From Antechinus flavipes (taxonomy: Eukaryota), in contig NC_067401.1 of the NCBI RefSeq assembly GCF_016432865.1, forward strand, positions 111,104,001 through 111,168,000: 64,000 bases of DNA, read 5' to 3'. Shown piece by piece: positions 34,101 to 58,130 of this stretch. Each line of letters begins with the position of its first letter. The first letter of the stretch is position 1. Below the pieces are notes generated by a model. It saw nothing but the letters and a program-made list of their open reading frames with translations. It searched no databases and was not told where the DNA came from. Position numbers and translations under genes: made by a program.

Positions 34101-37100
34101 TATTTTATTTTTCCAAATACATGCAAAGATATTTTTCATCTTTTCAAAACTGTGTGTTTCAAATTTTTCTCTAAAGGAGCCATTCCTAGGGTTAGGGAGC
34201 TAACCCTAAGAACTAACATCCCAAACACCCCCACACAGCATCCGCAATACTTAAGGGTGAAGAGTAGTGTCCAAGAGGGGAACAGTGAGAGTTGAAGGTC
34301 AGAGATTCCAAAGGTCTTTGAGAGGAGTGAGGTGGGTGGAGGGAGAAACCCAAAGCAATCTCCCAGGAACAGCTTGCTTCCAGGTGGGTGTGGTGCCTTG
34401 GTGAAGAGCCCAGGACTTTGGTCCAAATGGAGGGAAAATTGCTGACCAGTCATCATTCAAGAGGAAATGAAAGCAGGCTTTGGACATTATAGATGAAACA
34501 GAAATCAAGACAAAAGAAGATTCCAAGGATTATTTTTTTTTTAAAGTAAATGGAAGAGTGGCCAGCATCCAAAATAAGGAATAAAGGCATTGGATGCCAT
34601 CAAGTAGAGGCAGTTTGCTATAGTAGGAAAAGGACTGGAATTCAGACTTAGAAGACCAGGAGTTAACTTCTGAGTTTCCTACTTAGATTCATGACCTTGA
34701 ACAAGCCAAGGAGCCTTTATAAGTCTCAATAAAATGAGGAGATTAGTCAGTAGATGATTTCAATTTCCCCTTAAGCTCTAAAGATCAATGATTAAATGAT
34801 TCCATGACTGCTAGAATAGAATTCAGAAGATCTGGGTTCTCCCTTCCTGATCTGTTGCTCAGGAGCTGTGTGACCCATAGCAAATTATGGATTCCCCTTT
34901 CTAGGTTTCTGATCTCTGTTGTGTTAAAATGAGAGAATGAGACTTAATGGTCTCTGAGATCTCTCTCAGCTGCAAGATCTCCTGGTTCTGTGACCCTCTG
35001 CAGGGTGGTGGGGGACCTTGAGACAGTCTGTTCGGCTTTGGATTGTCTAATGCAGGTCTCCCAACACGCACAAGCCTGCACGTACCTCCCCCTTTCCCTC
35101 CCTGAGGTCATAGGACTGCTCCTCTGTACCCACGAGGTTGTGGGTGTGAAGGGACCAGGAGAAGAGAGAAGATCATGCACAAGTGAGGGGTTCTGGTGCA
35201 TGTGATGGTTATACTATGGATGATGATTGTCTCACGCCTGGAAAACCAACAGGAACGTGCAGGAAAGCAGGATCCGAAGCAGCCCCAAGGCTCCATCCAG
35301 CTGGGACATTTGATACTCAACATAGTCCCGCACTTCCTCCCTCAGCTGGGCCTTGCTCACATTGATGCCCAACAGGGCTGTTTGCTTCTCTTTCTAGGAT
35401 AGAAAGGGAGGTTTAAAGAGGCTGAGGAGTAAAAGACAAATTGGTCCAGCCTGAGATGACCCCTGGTCCCTCCATTCCTTTGAATGTTTATTCCTTGAGA
35501 CAACTGGGCATGTGATGGGTCTGGACTCAGGAAGGCCTGAGACACTTGCCAGCTGTGTAACTCTGGGGATTCACTACACCTCTCAGTTTCCTCATCTGTA
35601 AATGGGGATGATAGCAGCATTTACCTCCCAGGGTTCTTGTGAGGATTAAAGTAAATATTTATAAAGTGTGTTGTAAACCTTAAAGCACTAGATAAATGCT
35701 TTTGTCTGATTCTTCATGACTCTATTTGGGGTTTTCTTGACAGCTCACCATTTCCTCTTCAGGTCATTTTACAGATGAGGAAACTGAGACAAACAGGGTT
35801 AAGTGACTTGCCCACAGTCATACAATTAATAAGTGTTGGAGGCTGGATTTGAACTCAGGAACATGAGCCTTCCTGACTTCCGGCCAGATACTTTATCCAC
35901 TAGGCTGCCACTTAGCTGCCTCATAGATAAAGGCTGGTTATTATTATTATTATTATTATTATTATCACTCCTACTCCTATCTATCTTGTTTATCTGTTTC
36001 CGTGTTTCATTCCCACCAGGTCACATCACTCACCCTACCTCCCTTTTCCTCCTCCATTACCCCTCACGCCCATCACCAGGCTGATCTCTTTTCATTCTTC
36101 AACAACTACCTTGATATTTATCTGGGCAGAGAACTCCCCTTTCATCCCTTGCATGGACTGGTTGAGTGAATCATAGGTCTGGCCAAAGTTGCCTTCCACC
36201 GGGATTCGCTTCTGGCACCAGGGACTCATTACTGATGAGGAGAGGAAGCAATGCGTGGGAAAAATAAGTCAGGGAGCTACCTTCCACGCTGGGGCTCTGC
36301 TGCTGCATATCTCCCCTCATTCTCTGCCCCCAGCTCTCTCGCCCTCCTTTCTAGCCATCAGGCAAATATCAGGGTCTGGATGACCAGTTAGGGAGGATTA
36401 TATAATTGGCAATCATGCTTTAGGGAGGAGGTTGGAACGGATGAGAACCTGCCCCCCATCCCTTTTCACCCTCAACATCTCTACCACCATCATCACCCCC
36501 CCCCACACACATATACAGAATTTCCAAGGGCCCCACAAACCCATTCCTGGCTGTTACCCTTCTGGCCCCATGCCCTAGTGACCCCCTCCTTTGCACTGAT
36601 CGCCCCACATCCTAACCCTTAGCGATGCTGCACAAGAACTTGAACATCATGGGGAGACACAGGAGGTGGTTAAGGAGTGGGACTTTGATGGTCTGCATGC
36701 ACTGGGTATGCTTACGATCGAACCATTGATGGCATCTTCGAATGGCTGCATCCACGATATCTGGAGGAAAGGGTTGAAGGGGGTGGTGGAGGGAAGGCAT
36801 ATTTCAGAGATTGTCTGGGTCTCTAATATAAACCCAGGCCCCCGTCCCCACCCTCATCTCCTCCCTTGAATCTACAGTTTCCCCCCGGGGATGGACGATG
36901 CCCCCAGACCCTCAGTCACCATCCAAGGCTCAGAAGACCTGCCCATTATCTCCTTCCATGTACGATCGGAGACCAACACCGGAGCGCCTTCTGGCCTCCC
37001 CACTCACAGTGACAACGGAGCTTGGTCTTGATTTCATAGAGCTTCTGAGTGGAGAAGAGATTCATTGCTTTAAATACTCTTCGGACCTCAGTGTCCTCGT

Positions 37101-40100
37101 TCTTTGTTTCCCCGGATGCCTCTGGGTCGTAGCCCTCAGTACTCTTTATTTGGGTATCCAGTTCTTTAAAGGACTTTGAGATATTTTGCGCCTCCAATTT
37201 CAGCTCTTCTTTTTTACTCTGGGAGTGGGGAAAACGGAGGTGAGACTGAAGGGAATATTCAGAAGTTTAAGTTTCCCACTCCTGCTCCCCTTGCCTCCAA
37301 ACACCTCCCTCTCCTAACCTCTACACAGAGAACCTTCATCTCCTTCCCCAGACTCCTAGGGGCCTGACTCAGCTACTTATTCCTCTAGCTCTCAACCCTT
37401 TAAGAGTTCCCAGGCTCTTATATCTCCCTCCTGACCTCCAGTCTCCCCATCTTAGGCCTGAAGCTCTCAGAAAGTTCCAGTCCAAGTTCCACTGATGGGA
37501 TTCCATCATTCCTTTCCCCTAATTCTACCATCACCCGCCACCCCCCCCCAAAAAAAAAAAAAAAAAAAACCTCTCTTGTTTTTTCTATTTCCAGTCTCCA
37601 CCTGCAGAGTTCCCAGTCCTCCTAGCCTCCCCTGACCCTTCCTACTTTGGGAGATAGCTTCAGCCTCCCAATTCCTCAACAATCAATTAGGTCAATTCAG
37701 TGAGCACTTACATATTAAATAACTATTGTGTACCATCTGTACTACCAAATATTAGGGACAGAAAACCAAACCGTCCTTACCTTCAAGGGCTTTATTTCCT
37801 TATATCTTTTCTAGACTATTCTCCCAACTCCTTCCAATTCTGAAATCCCTCTATTCCTAAAGTCCTAACGATCTATTTGCTCAGGTTTCCAGATTCCCAG
37901 GATTTCAACTCTGTCGTTGTTGAGGGTTTTTTTTTTTTTTCCAGTTGTGTCTAACTGATACAACTTGCCTCTCTCTCTCTTTGTATATATATATTTGCAG
38001 ATCTATGGGAGTGGTTTTCCATTTCCTTCTCCAGCTCATTTTATAGATGAGATAATCGAGGCAAACAGGATTAAGTGACAATTTGTTTGGGATAACACAT
38101 CTGGTAGGGTAATCCAGAGTGAAAGTGGATTTGAGCTTCACTCTTCTTGATACCAGACCCAGCCCTCTATCCATTGCACCATATCACTGTCCAACTTTAG
38201 CCCCATCTTAAGTCCTCCAGATCCCCCATCTCCTAAACTTTATATCCCCTTAGGCTTACAAATGCCCTCTCTCCCAGAACTCCCAGCCCTCCAATATCCC
38301 ACCCTTCCCAGCTCTGTGCCTCTGGTCCCCTGACCAGAAGGTCTTTGAACACAGATCTCAGAGGAGAAGTGGAGACTCTCCAGGCCATTCGAGTATGGTT
38401 GATCTGTAGTTCTACTGTACAGCCCAGAGATAACACCACTTCGTTCAAGTTGTGCCGCAGATTGGCCACAGGCCCTGAAAAAGGAAAGGAGCAGAGGGAG
38501 AGGGGCTAGAATTCTTACTTCAGCTAGCTACAGCCTTGACCTTGATCCCTGCCTCAGCACCCCGGGATACTTGACCCTGGGGTACAATATACTTTGCATT
38601 TCTTCAAATCTTGTCAGAAATGTGACCCTGGCCAAATCTCTCCTGCTCTCATTTTCCTCCCTTGTGAAATGAGCGGTTTGGATTCAAAGACTCATAATAT
38701 AGAAATATAATTTCTAAGATCTTATGATCCTGATGATTTCTTTACACAGGTAGGAAATACAGTAGAGAGCATCCACAAGAAGCATGCTAGCTAAGTCACT
38801 CTGGGCAAGTCAATAATTTCTGGCTGTCTGATTACCTCAATTTCTTCATCCGTAAGATGGGGGTAATAACAGCAGGTTGTTATAAGGATAAAATGAAATA
38901 ATATTTCTGAAATGTTTTGTAAAATTTTATTTTTTTCTTTGTAAATTTTAGAAAAATAAGGGATGCTAACGCTAGTATTATTCCATCTTTGTCCCACTGA
39001 ATGCTCTCTCAGTGACTGCCCACTGCCTGACCGCACGTCCCATCTGAATTTCTGGGAGACACTCACCTTCATAGATAGCAGCCAGTACATAGCCAAGCAT
39101 CAGTAGCCTTCCCTCTTTGCCCAGAATTTTGGGGACCAGCAGAATACTGGCACAACGAATATAGGAGGAAGTGCCCCAGCCCAGGACTCCCAGGCCTGTC
39201 CAGAGAGTAGACAAGAGAATAGAGTTGGGGAGGGTGACAAATATCTGCTGGACCATCTACAAGACACCTCCTGAGCTTAGTCATCCCGCACCTGGTCTCG
39301 TTCCTTGGCTATTTCAACCAGCTAAGAGCTCTCCCTTATCTGACCTAGCACTGAAGTAGGGGAGGTGTTTTCTATACCTCCTTTAGTGTAGAGTACAGTT
39401 CTAGGCACAAAGGACCATAATCAGTAGATTCCACAGACTCATGGATATGGACATTCTCTCTGACCATACGGATCACTTCCATCCTGGGTATAGCCATATG
39501 CTCTGATTAATTCCTCCACATGGAATCCACCCCAAATGCTGGAAGACTGCTTCTTCTTCTGGCTACACAGTTCTCTCATGAAATTCTACTCCATTAGGAG
39601 CTCCAATTTAAGTTCTCTATCCCAGGCAGGAGAAGCTAAACTTCATACACTCATTTCTGTTATCTGTCTTCCCCAAGGCATACCTCTTCCTCCTCTCTTC
39701 CCTTGTCTGATCCCTTGTTCACAAAACTGTTCTCCATTCTCATTGCCTAAGAACCTTTCCCTCATTATTTCTTTCTCCCACCCCAGAGGTGTCTCGGGGT
39801 GGATTTCAGACAAAACAACCTGATTTCAAGTCCTACTTCAGAAATCTGACCAGCTGTATGATCTCGGGCAAGTCACTTAATCCTGTTTGCTCAGTTTCCT
39901 CATTTATTAAATGAGCTGGAGAGGGAAACAGCAAACCACTCCAGTATTTTTCCCAAGAAAATCCCAAATGAAGAGACAGACACAACTGAACAAGAGCCTA
40001 GCAAAATCGTTTTGAGGATCAAATAAGCTAACATGTGTAAAGTGAAAGCACTTAAATGTTAACCTTGAATGTTGTCCCTACTACTACTACCACCACCACC

Positions 40101-41452
40101 ATCGCCATCACTTATCCAGTTCAATCACTTGTTCACCCATGATTCTGCCCTTCTTCCAGTGTTCCACTGTGTTTTAGGCAGAAGTGTTCTGTCACTCCTA
40201 TCAGATTGGGAGCTCCCCTACGGCCTTCTGTCTTTGGACATCTGGATGCCCCAGATCACACACTAGAGGAGGTTTTGACTCAGGAAGGGTACTCATGGCT
40301 AAGTGCAGATTTGCTGCTTTGGGCACTGCTGTCATGACATGGGCCCTTCCAGACCCTGTCTTTTTTGCACTCACCCACTATGCCGTACGTCAACATTATC
40401 TTCTGCTCTTCGTAGAGGTTTATGGGGGTCAGCAAAATATGGGTGAGACCTGAGAATCAGAGGGTCAACATTCAAAGGAAACCAGCCCTGTCTGCTGTTT
40501 ACTTAATCCTCCTCCTCTGCTTATAAATAATCCCTAGTGGGATGAGGAAGAGGTTTAGGGATGTTTTAAGAAGGAAATTGAGAACTTGCAGAATGTTTAG
40601 AGGACATCCAAGATGAAGAGTCTTTAGTTCATGACATAAAAGGATAGGCAGAAACAAATGGACAGAAGGCATTTGGAGAACAGAAGACCCAGAGACTCTA
40701 GCTGTCTCTAAATATTTGAAAAGCTGCTGTGTGAAGGGCAGAGGGCATAAATAGAAATAAAGGGTAGCAGTTGCAAAGTGTTCAATTTAAGCTTGATGTC
40801 AGGAAAGAACTTCCTAACAATCAGTGAAAAGTAGAATTGATTGAAGTGGTAAGTTTCCCCCTCATTCGAGGCCTTGAAGTGAATGATCATTTATCACATA
40901 TATTATAGTAGGAAGGCCTTTTGTTATGTGCTGGATTAGAGGGAAACTTAGGTCACTTCCAGCTCCCAGATTCTTGGATTCTGTGGTTCTGTGACCTACT
41001 TACCCACAGCTAGGAGCCCTCCAGTGCCAGCTCCCAGTAGGAATGAAGTGACAGGAAATTCTCCTGGTTTTCTCCATACAAACCGGGCACAGGGAACGGG
41101 CAGCATCCAACTCAGGAATCGATTCACAGCTATGAAGGAATGTTTTGCTAAAATGCCCCCTCGTTTTTCTCATGGGCATGTCAGCTAAAGTACACAACTA
41201 GTGACTTTTCTTTGCTTGGATGTGTCCAATAAAACAGCTAGAGATGCTGTAGGTAAAAGTGTAAGCACCCAGACACAGGGGCTAAGAGAACACCCAAGGA
41301 AAAAGGGCAGGGGCTGAGGGGACATTAGTAGACAGTATCAGGAGAGGAAGAAGAGGAGAGTGTCATTGAGAAGGTGACTTACTGGTATTGGGTGGTTTCT
41401 TTTTCTGTCTTTTCAGGCCAGTTTCCTTGGCTTGACTCAGTTTACCTCCCAT
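28130..41452 (-). CDS. DCST1: DC-STAMP domain-containing protein 1, 707 aa
   Basis: Exons: 41452-41383, 41129-41004, 40449-40375, 39195-39067, 38474-38335, 37218-37008, 36760-36617, 36231-36110, 35393-35236, 33816-33717, 33558-33463, 33217-33091, 32680-32564, 31391-31249, 31014-30901, 28381-28130 (2124 nt, in phase). Motifs [31 protein letters not shown], and a C-terminal C4C4 RING-like finger. The start exon is the least conserved part. Confidence 0.95.
28458..28810 (+). mobile_element. Degraded MIR fragments
   Basis: ctcagtttcctcatctgta and cagggttgttgtgagg. Confidence 0.6.
29480..29760 (+). mobile_element. L2 3' fragment
   Basis: ctctaatccatcctc...gctgccaaaatgaatttcctaaaatgtagg is typical of the L2 3' region. 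Confidence 0.55.
29805..30057 (-). mobile_element. Marsupial CORE-SINE (Mar1-like)
   Basis: Reverse head ccacctagctgcccc, core cattttacagatgagg, tail ggcaaagatactggag. Confidence 0.8.
31719..32496. mobile_element. Possible solo LTR in a DCST1 intron
   Basis: TG...CA ends, near-TSD gatcc/gattc, TATA-like stretch near 32090; family not identified. Confidence 0.3.
32871..33012 (+). mobile_element. Young marsupial tRNA-derived SINE (WSINE1-like) with A-tail and target-site duplication
   Basis: Head GGGGCAGCTAGGTGG, B-box-like GAGTTCAAAT, 3' aaccccaattgcctca plus polyA, flanked by agtgaggagc on both sides. Confidence 0.88.
34230..34530 (-). mobile_element. L2 LINE ORF2 endonuclease remnant
   Basis: The degraded frame [12 protein letters not shown] resembles the L2/CR1 endonuclease xLILGDFN motif. 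Confidence 0.5.
35520..35920. mobile_element. Two oppositely oriented CORE-SINEs (plus about 35520-35700, minus about 35745-35920)
   Basis: ctcagtttcctcatctgtaa, followed by its reverse complement cattttacagatgaggaaactgag. Confidence 0.75.
37905..38192 (-). mobile_element. Mar1-like SINE
   Basis: gagtggttttccatttccttctccagctcattttatagatgag. Confidence 0.75.
39815..39993 (+). mobile_element. Mar1-like SINE
   Basis: ggcaagtcacttaa...aaatgagctggagagggaaacagcaaaccactccagtat...acaactgaacaa. Confidence 0.75.
40570..40960 (+). mobile_element. CR1/L3 3' fragment
   Basis: cttgatgtcaggaaagaacttcctaacaat...ggtaagtttccccctca. Confidence 0.6.
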
Positions 41453-53713
<12,261 letters not shown>

Positions 53714-53785
53714 CTATGGACTCCTCAGCTTCCCAGTCCCTGGTCCATCCCCTTCGAACCAGCCTGTTCTCAGTCTCCCACCCCC

Positions 53786-53791
53786 ATTAAA
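53786..53791 (+). terminator. Probable DCST2 polyadenylation signal ATTAAA
   Basis: About 70 nt after the TAG. Confidence 0.6.
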
Positions 53792-54599
53792 GAAGGAAGA
53801 GACCACCAAGACAACTGCGAATCTTAAATTATTATTATTTTCTTTCTGTTGCTTACACCCGAGGGGAGGGAAAGGGAATGGGGCAGGAGAGGGGGAACTG
53901 CCCCCCCCAACCCTAAGGCACTGACTGGAAAAGCCAAGGGAATGAGGAGGGGAGGCCCAGGTGTCCCCAGTCTCCCTCCCCCCAGCCCTGGGCCCCCCAC
54001 CACCTGAAATGCTAAGATGGGGCCCGGGGCACCCAACCCCCCCAATATATTACATCATCACGCCTTAAATAGATACAGGGACTGGTCCCGCTACCCTCTC
54101 CCCTGACCCCCCTAGCCCGGGGGGAGAGGCCTGAGCAGCTGTGCAAATGGGCATGGGGCATAGTGGGATGGGAGGGGGAGGAAGGGAAGACAGCACCGGC
54201 CCCTGAACCTGCCCCCCCGGGGAGGGGGAGGGGCCACTAGGCCAGGGAGGGGGAATAGTGCAAGGCAGAGTTGGGGTGGGAGAGGGAGGGACCCTCCCCT
54301 TACCAGCCCAATCAGCAGAGCCCAGGCCACAGTGGGGGTCCAGCACCCAGCGAGGAAGAGGGCTGGAGAGAGTCCCCAGCACCCTCCCGTCACCCCAGGA
54401 AATCAAGAGGGAATTAAAATTTTCAAACTAGATTTCAACAAGACCAACAGAAGATACTATGTACAGAAGGATGGGTGGATTGGATCCTAATGGAGGAGGG
54501 GGGTGGGGAGAGGGCGGGAAGAGACCCCCTACCTAACACAGGAGAAGCCCCCAAGAAACGGGGCAGAACAGGGACAAGTTATTTGTGCAGCCCCTCCAG

Positions 54600-55150
54600 G
54601 GACCTGCAGCACATTCAAGCCATGACGTCGCCGCCGCGAGGGGGCGCCCGCCCCCAGGCAGCGGGGGTTGGGGACGGTGGAATCTACTCGCCCAAGGCGG
54701 CCGCGAGGGGCGCTCGCGCTCGCTCACCAGCCCGCCGCCAGGTGGCGGCCGCCAGCCCGCCGCGTCTCCCCTCCCCCGCCCCCCGGCCGGCGGCGGCGGC
54801 GGCAGCAGTAGCAGCTGCAGCGCCAGCCCGGGGGCGGCGTGAGTCAGGGGCGCGGCGGCGGCTGCACCACGGGCAGCGGTGGCGGCGGCAGCTCGCACCT
54901 GGGCGGGGAAGGGAGAGAGCCCGGGAAGGGAGGGCAGGGCTAGGACGGGACGGAGCCCGGCCCGCCCAGCCCTCTGGCCCCGGGCGGGGAGCGGCGGGAA
55001 CAAGACATTCCCTGCCTGGGGACGCGGGAGGGAGGGGAGCGGGTGGGGCCCCTCCTGCTGCCCCCGGGGGCGGGTGAGAGGCTCTGGGCACCCCGCCCCC
55101 TTCTTGCTCCTCGGACCCCGTGACTCAGCGCTGGGAACTGGGCGGAGGGA
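54600..55150. promoter_or_regulatory. CpG island inside the ZBTB7B 3'UTR
   Basis: Very high GC and CpG content, (GGC)n/(GCA)n runs, AP-1 sites at 54840 and 55121. Confidence 0.6.
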
Positions 55151-55563
55151 CGGAGGGGGAGCCGCCTTCCCTCCTGCCCCACTTTCCCACTTGTGCCCCC
55201 AGCCCCAAGGCCTTCCTTTCCTGCCCTCTCCCACTCAACTTCCCCTGCTTCCATAGCCTATTCCTTACCGCGATTCCTCCCCACCCCAACTTTTGCATAA
55301 TCCACTGCCGGGAAAAGGGGAACAGAAACCAGGAAGGAGGGGTCGGGAAAGGAGGGGCAGCTTCCCCACCCCAAGCACACAGCCCTACCCCCAGGGTGGG
55401 TGGGGCCGGGATTTGGTCCCATACCCTCACCCCCCTAAAAACCCGCATAGCCGAAAAGGGAACCCCCCTACAAATCAGAAATATATTATTGCTTCTAGAT
55501 CCCTGGGAAGACCCAGGGTTTGGGGAGGGGAGAACCCCACCTTTTACAATAGAGCTGTGTGTA

Positions 55564-55596
55564 TGTATATATATATATTATATATACAAAATATCA

Positions 55597-55629
<33 letters not shown>

Positions 55630-55630
55630 T
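55564..55630. repeat. (TA)n-rich tract in the ZBTB7B 3'UTR
   Basis: Direct observation. Confidence 0.9.
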
Positions 55631-55841
55631 TATCACCCCTTGGTGGGAGGGAGTCTGCCCCACTCTGGGGGAGAGGAAACTTTCCCCAGGAGCTGCCAAG
55701 TTACAGAGGAGCCCAGTCTGGTACCCTTGAAGACAAAAGTTCCCCCGACCCACACAGTACAGTCTGTGCTCCAGAGCCCTCATATTCCTTGGCATAGGTG
55801 CCCACCCTGTGACTCCACCCTAGTCCAGCTCCTTTTCCCAT

Positions 55842-58130
55842 TTAAGAGGATTCCATGGCACCCTCGGCCTGGGGTGTGGTTGGTGCCCCCTCCTCCTCCT
55901 CTTCTTCAGGAGGCCCTGGGGGAGGAGGAGGCGGCACAGCCCTTGCTGGCTGCTCCCAGAAACGCGCCAGAGAGAGGCGGAAGTCGTCCAGGTGCCCGTT
56001 GGAAAGGTCAAGGCCAGGGCCAGCTGGGGTGGGCGCCTGGGGTGGGGGATAGTGGGGAGGTGCATCATCTTTTCTTCGTCGGCGGGTCCGGACCTCCAAG
56101 CAGTTTTGGCCCTTCAAGTGGCGCTGCAGGTGGTCCTCCTTGGCGAAGGCCTTGTGGCACAGGTGGCATTCGAAGGGCCGGTCGCCTGTGTGCAGGTGCA
56201 TGTGGTTCTTGAGGTCATAGCTGTGGAGGAAGCGTGCCGGGCAGTGTGGGCACGAGTATGGCCGTTCACCAGTATGCTTCCTCATGTGGATCTTCAGCTT
56301 GTCATTCCTGGGGAGAGGGGGTGGGGGTGAGGGGGGTAGAAGAGACAGAGTAAGTGTCTGCAGGTAAGACTAAGGCCTGGAAAGTCCTCGTGGCCTCCCC
56401 ATGGGCCTGACTAACCTGACTTCTGTAGGTGGCTACCTTCCCCCTCAGCCCACTCTCACTTCTGCTCCCACCCCTTCCCTTCTCTCACCATCCCTGCAGC
56501 TCTGTCCTCAGGCACTGGGCTCCTTATTTCCCTCCCATTTTGGCCTCAGTTGTACCTAGCCTTAACCCCTGAAGGGGCATTGCCTCAAATAAAGCGAAAT
56601 CTGGGGAAGACCTCCTTTAAAAAGGCCGAGGTCTCCCCCTGCATCCAGGGCCATGAGCAATCGTCCTGATGTCTCCCTGGCCACCGGAGTGGGCGGCTCT
56701 GGAGGGGAAAGTGAGGCCGGTGACTTAAGCCCCCAATTTGCATATCATGGCAATGCCTCCCTGATGTCCTGCCCCCCTTGAGAATGAAGGATAAACAATC
56801 CAGTTTAGCTTCATTCTGTTCTTCATCTGCCTGGGACCCATCTGCCCTATTGCAGTATCTCTGAACTGTTCATCTGGCCTTTTCGCCCCCTCCTCTGCCC
56901 ATCCCTCCACTGCCACTGGATCCCGCCCAGGGCCCCTCCCCTTCCGGTTCTCAGTGAGTATGGCCCTCTCCTGTGCCCTCTTGCCCACTGCACCCCCGGG
57001 GAAATTCACCTGGTGAATCTGACGCCACAGACTTCGCAGGCAAAGGGCTTCTCACCAGTGTGGGTCCGCATGTGTCGGGGTAGCTTGCCCGCCCCGTGAA
57101 TGATCTTGTGGCAAACTGGACATTCTTGGGGCATCTGGGAACGACGCTTGCGTACCAGTTTGTCCTGGCCATCTATCCCCGGTGTGAGGGCTTCGTGGTT
57201 CAGGGAACTCAGATAGGCCATCAGGTCGGGGTCAATGGCATCTTCGTCTGAGCCCAACTCTTCGGGGGACAGGGGGGGTGCTCCGCTCTGAGCCAGACCA
57301 TAGGTTGGGGGGTACACCAGATCTTCCTCCTCTTCCTCCCCCTCGTATCCTTCATAGCCCGGGTGCCCCTCGGGGGGTGATCTGGCCCCACCAGGGGGGC
57401 TGTAGCCGTCGCCTAGCCCCATGCCACTTGGTGCCTCTTCCTCATCTGGGTAGGTAAAGGGGTGGGGGGGGATGGCAGCCACATCAGTCGCCAGATGGTT
57501 GGTTTGAGGCCTCTTTGTCTGCAAAAAGGCTTTTCGGGGCTTTCGGCTTCGTCGAGGAACAGGCCGCGTCGGGGGTGGTGGCGGTGGAAGGGGGGCTGGT
57601 AGGGGGCTGTCATCCCCATTGGGCACCCGAGTGCCCACAGTTGCAAAGGCCTCCAGGTACTGGCGGGCTCTCTCACAGTCATCTTCATCGGGACCAGGGG
57701 CTTCCAGCCCACTCCCCTGCAGGATTTCCACACAGGCAGCGATGACGCAGGGGATCTCCAGCAGTCTTGCCGCCTGCAGGACAGCGGGCATGTTGGCGCT
57801 GCTGGTGGTGAGGGTGGCCGTGTAGGCAAACTCGAGCAAGGCCCCCAGTGCTTCCGGGCCCACAAAGTCCAGCTCACAGACGCCAGCACCCGAGGAGGTG
57901 GCCATTCCGCCGCTGGCCCCCGTGCCCCCCCCTCCCTCAGTGAAGAGTTTCTTAAAATAGTGGCTGCAGGCAGCCAGCACCGCCCGGTGGGTTCGGTACT
58001 CCAGGCCTTGGGTTCGGATGGTGAGATCGCACAGCTGGCCCAGCTGGCGCTGCTCATTCAGGCAGCTGAGGAGCTCGCTGCTGTGATCTGGGAAGGGAAT
58101 CCCAATGAGGTCGTCTTCAGGGCTCCCCAT
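55842..58130 (-). CDS. ZBTB7B: Zinc finger and BTB domain protein 7B (ThPOK/cKrox), 528 aa
   Basis: Exons 58130-57010 (exon begins 58136; [24 protein letters not shown] domain, ZF1-2) and 56307-55842 (rest of ZF2, ZF3-4, ending AEGAMESS*), 1587 nt. Confidence 0.98.

Noticed and set aside
54475-55077. 200-aa plus-strand ORF and overlapping ORFs
   Set aside because: Low-complexity Ala/Gly/Arg/Pro, expected in a very GC-rich island.
55992-56330. Antisense ORF over the zinc-finger exon
   Set aside because: Shadow frame of the ZBTB7B coding sequence.
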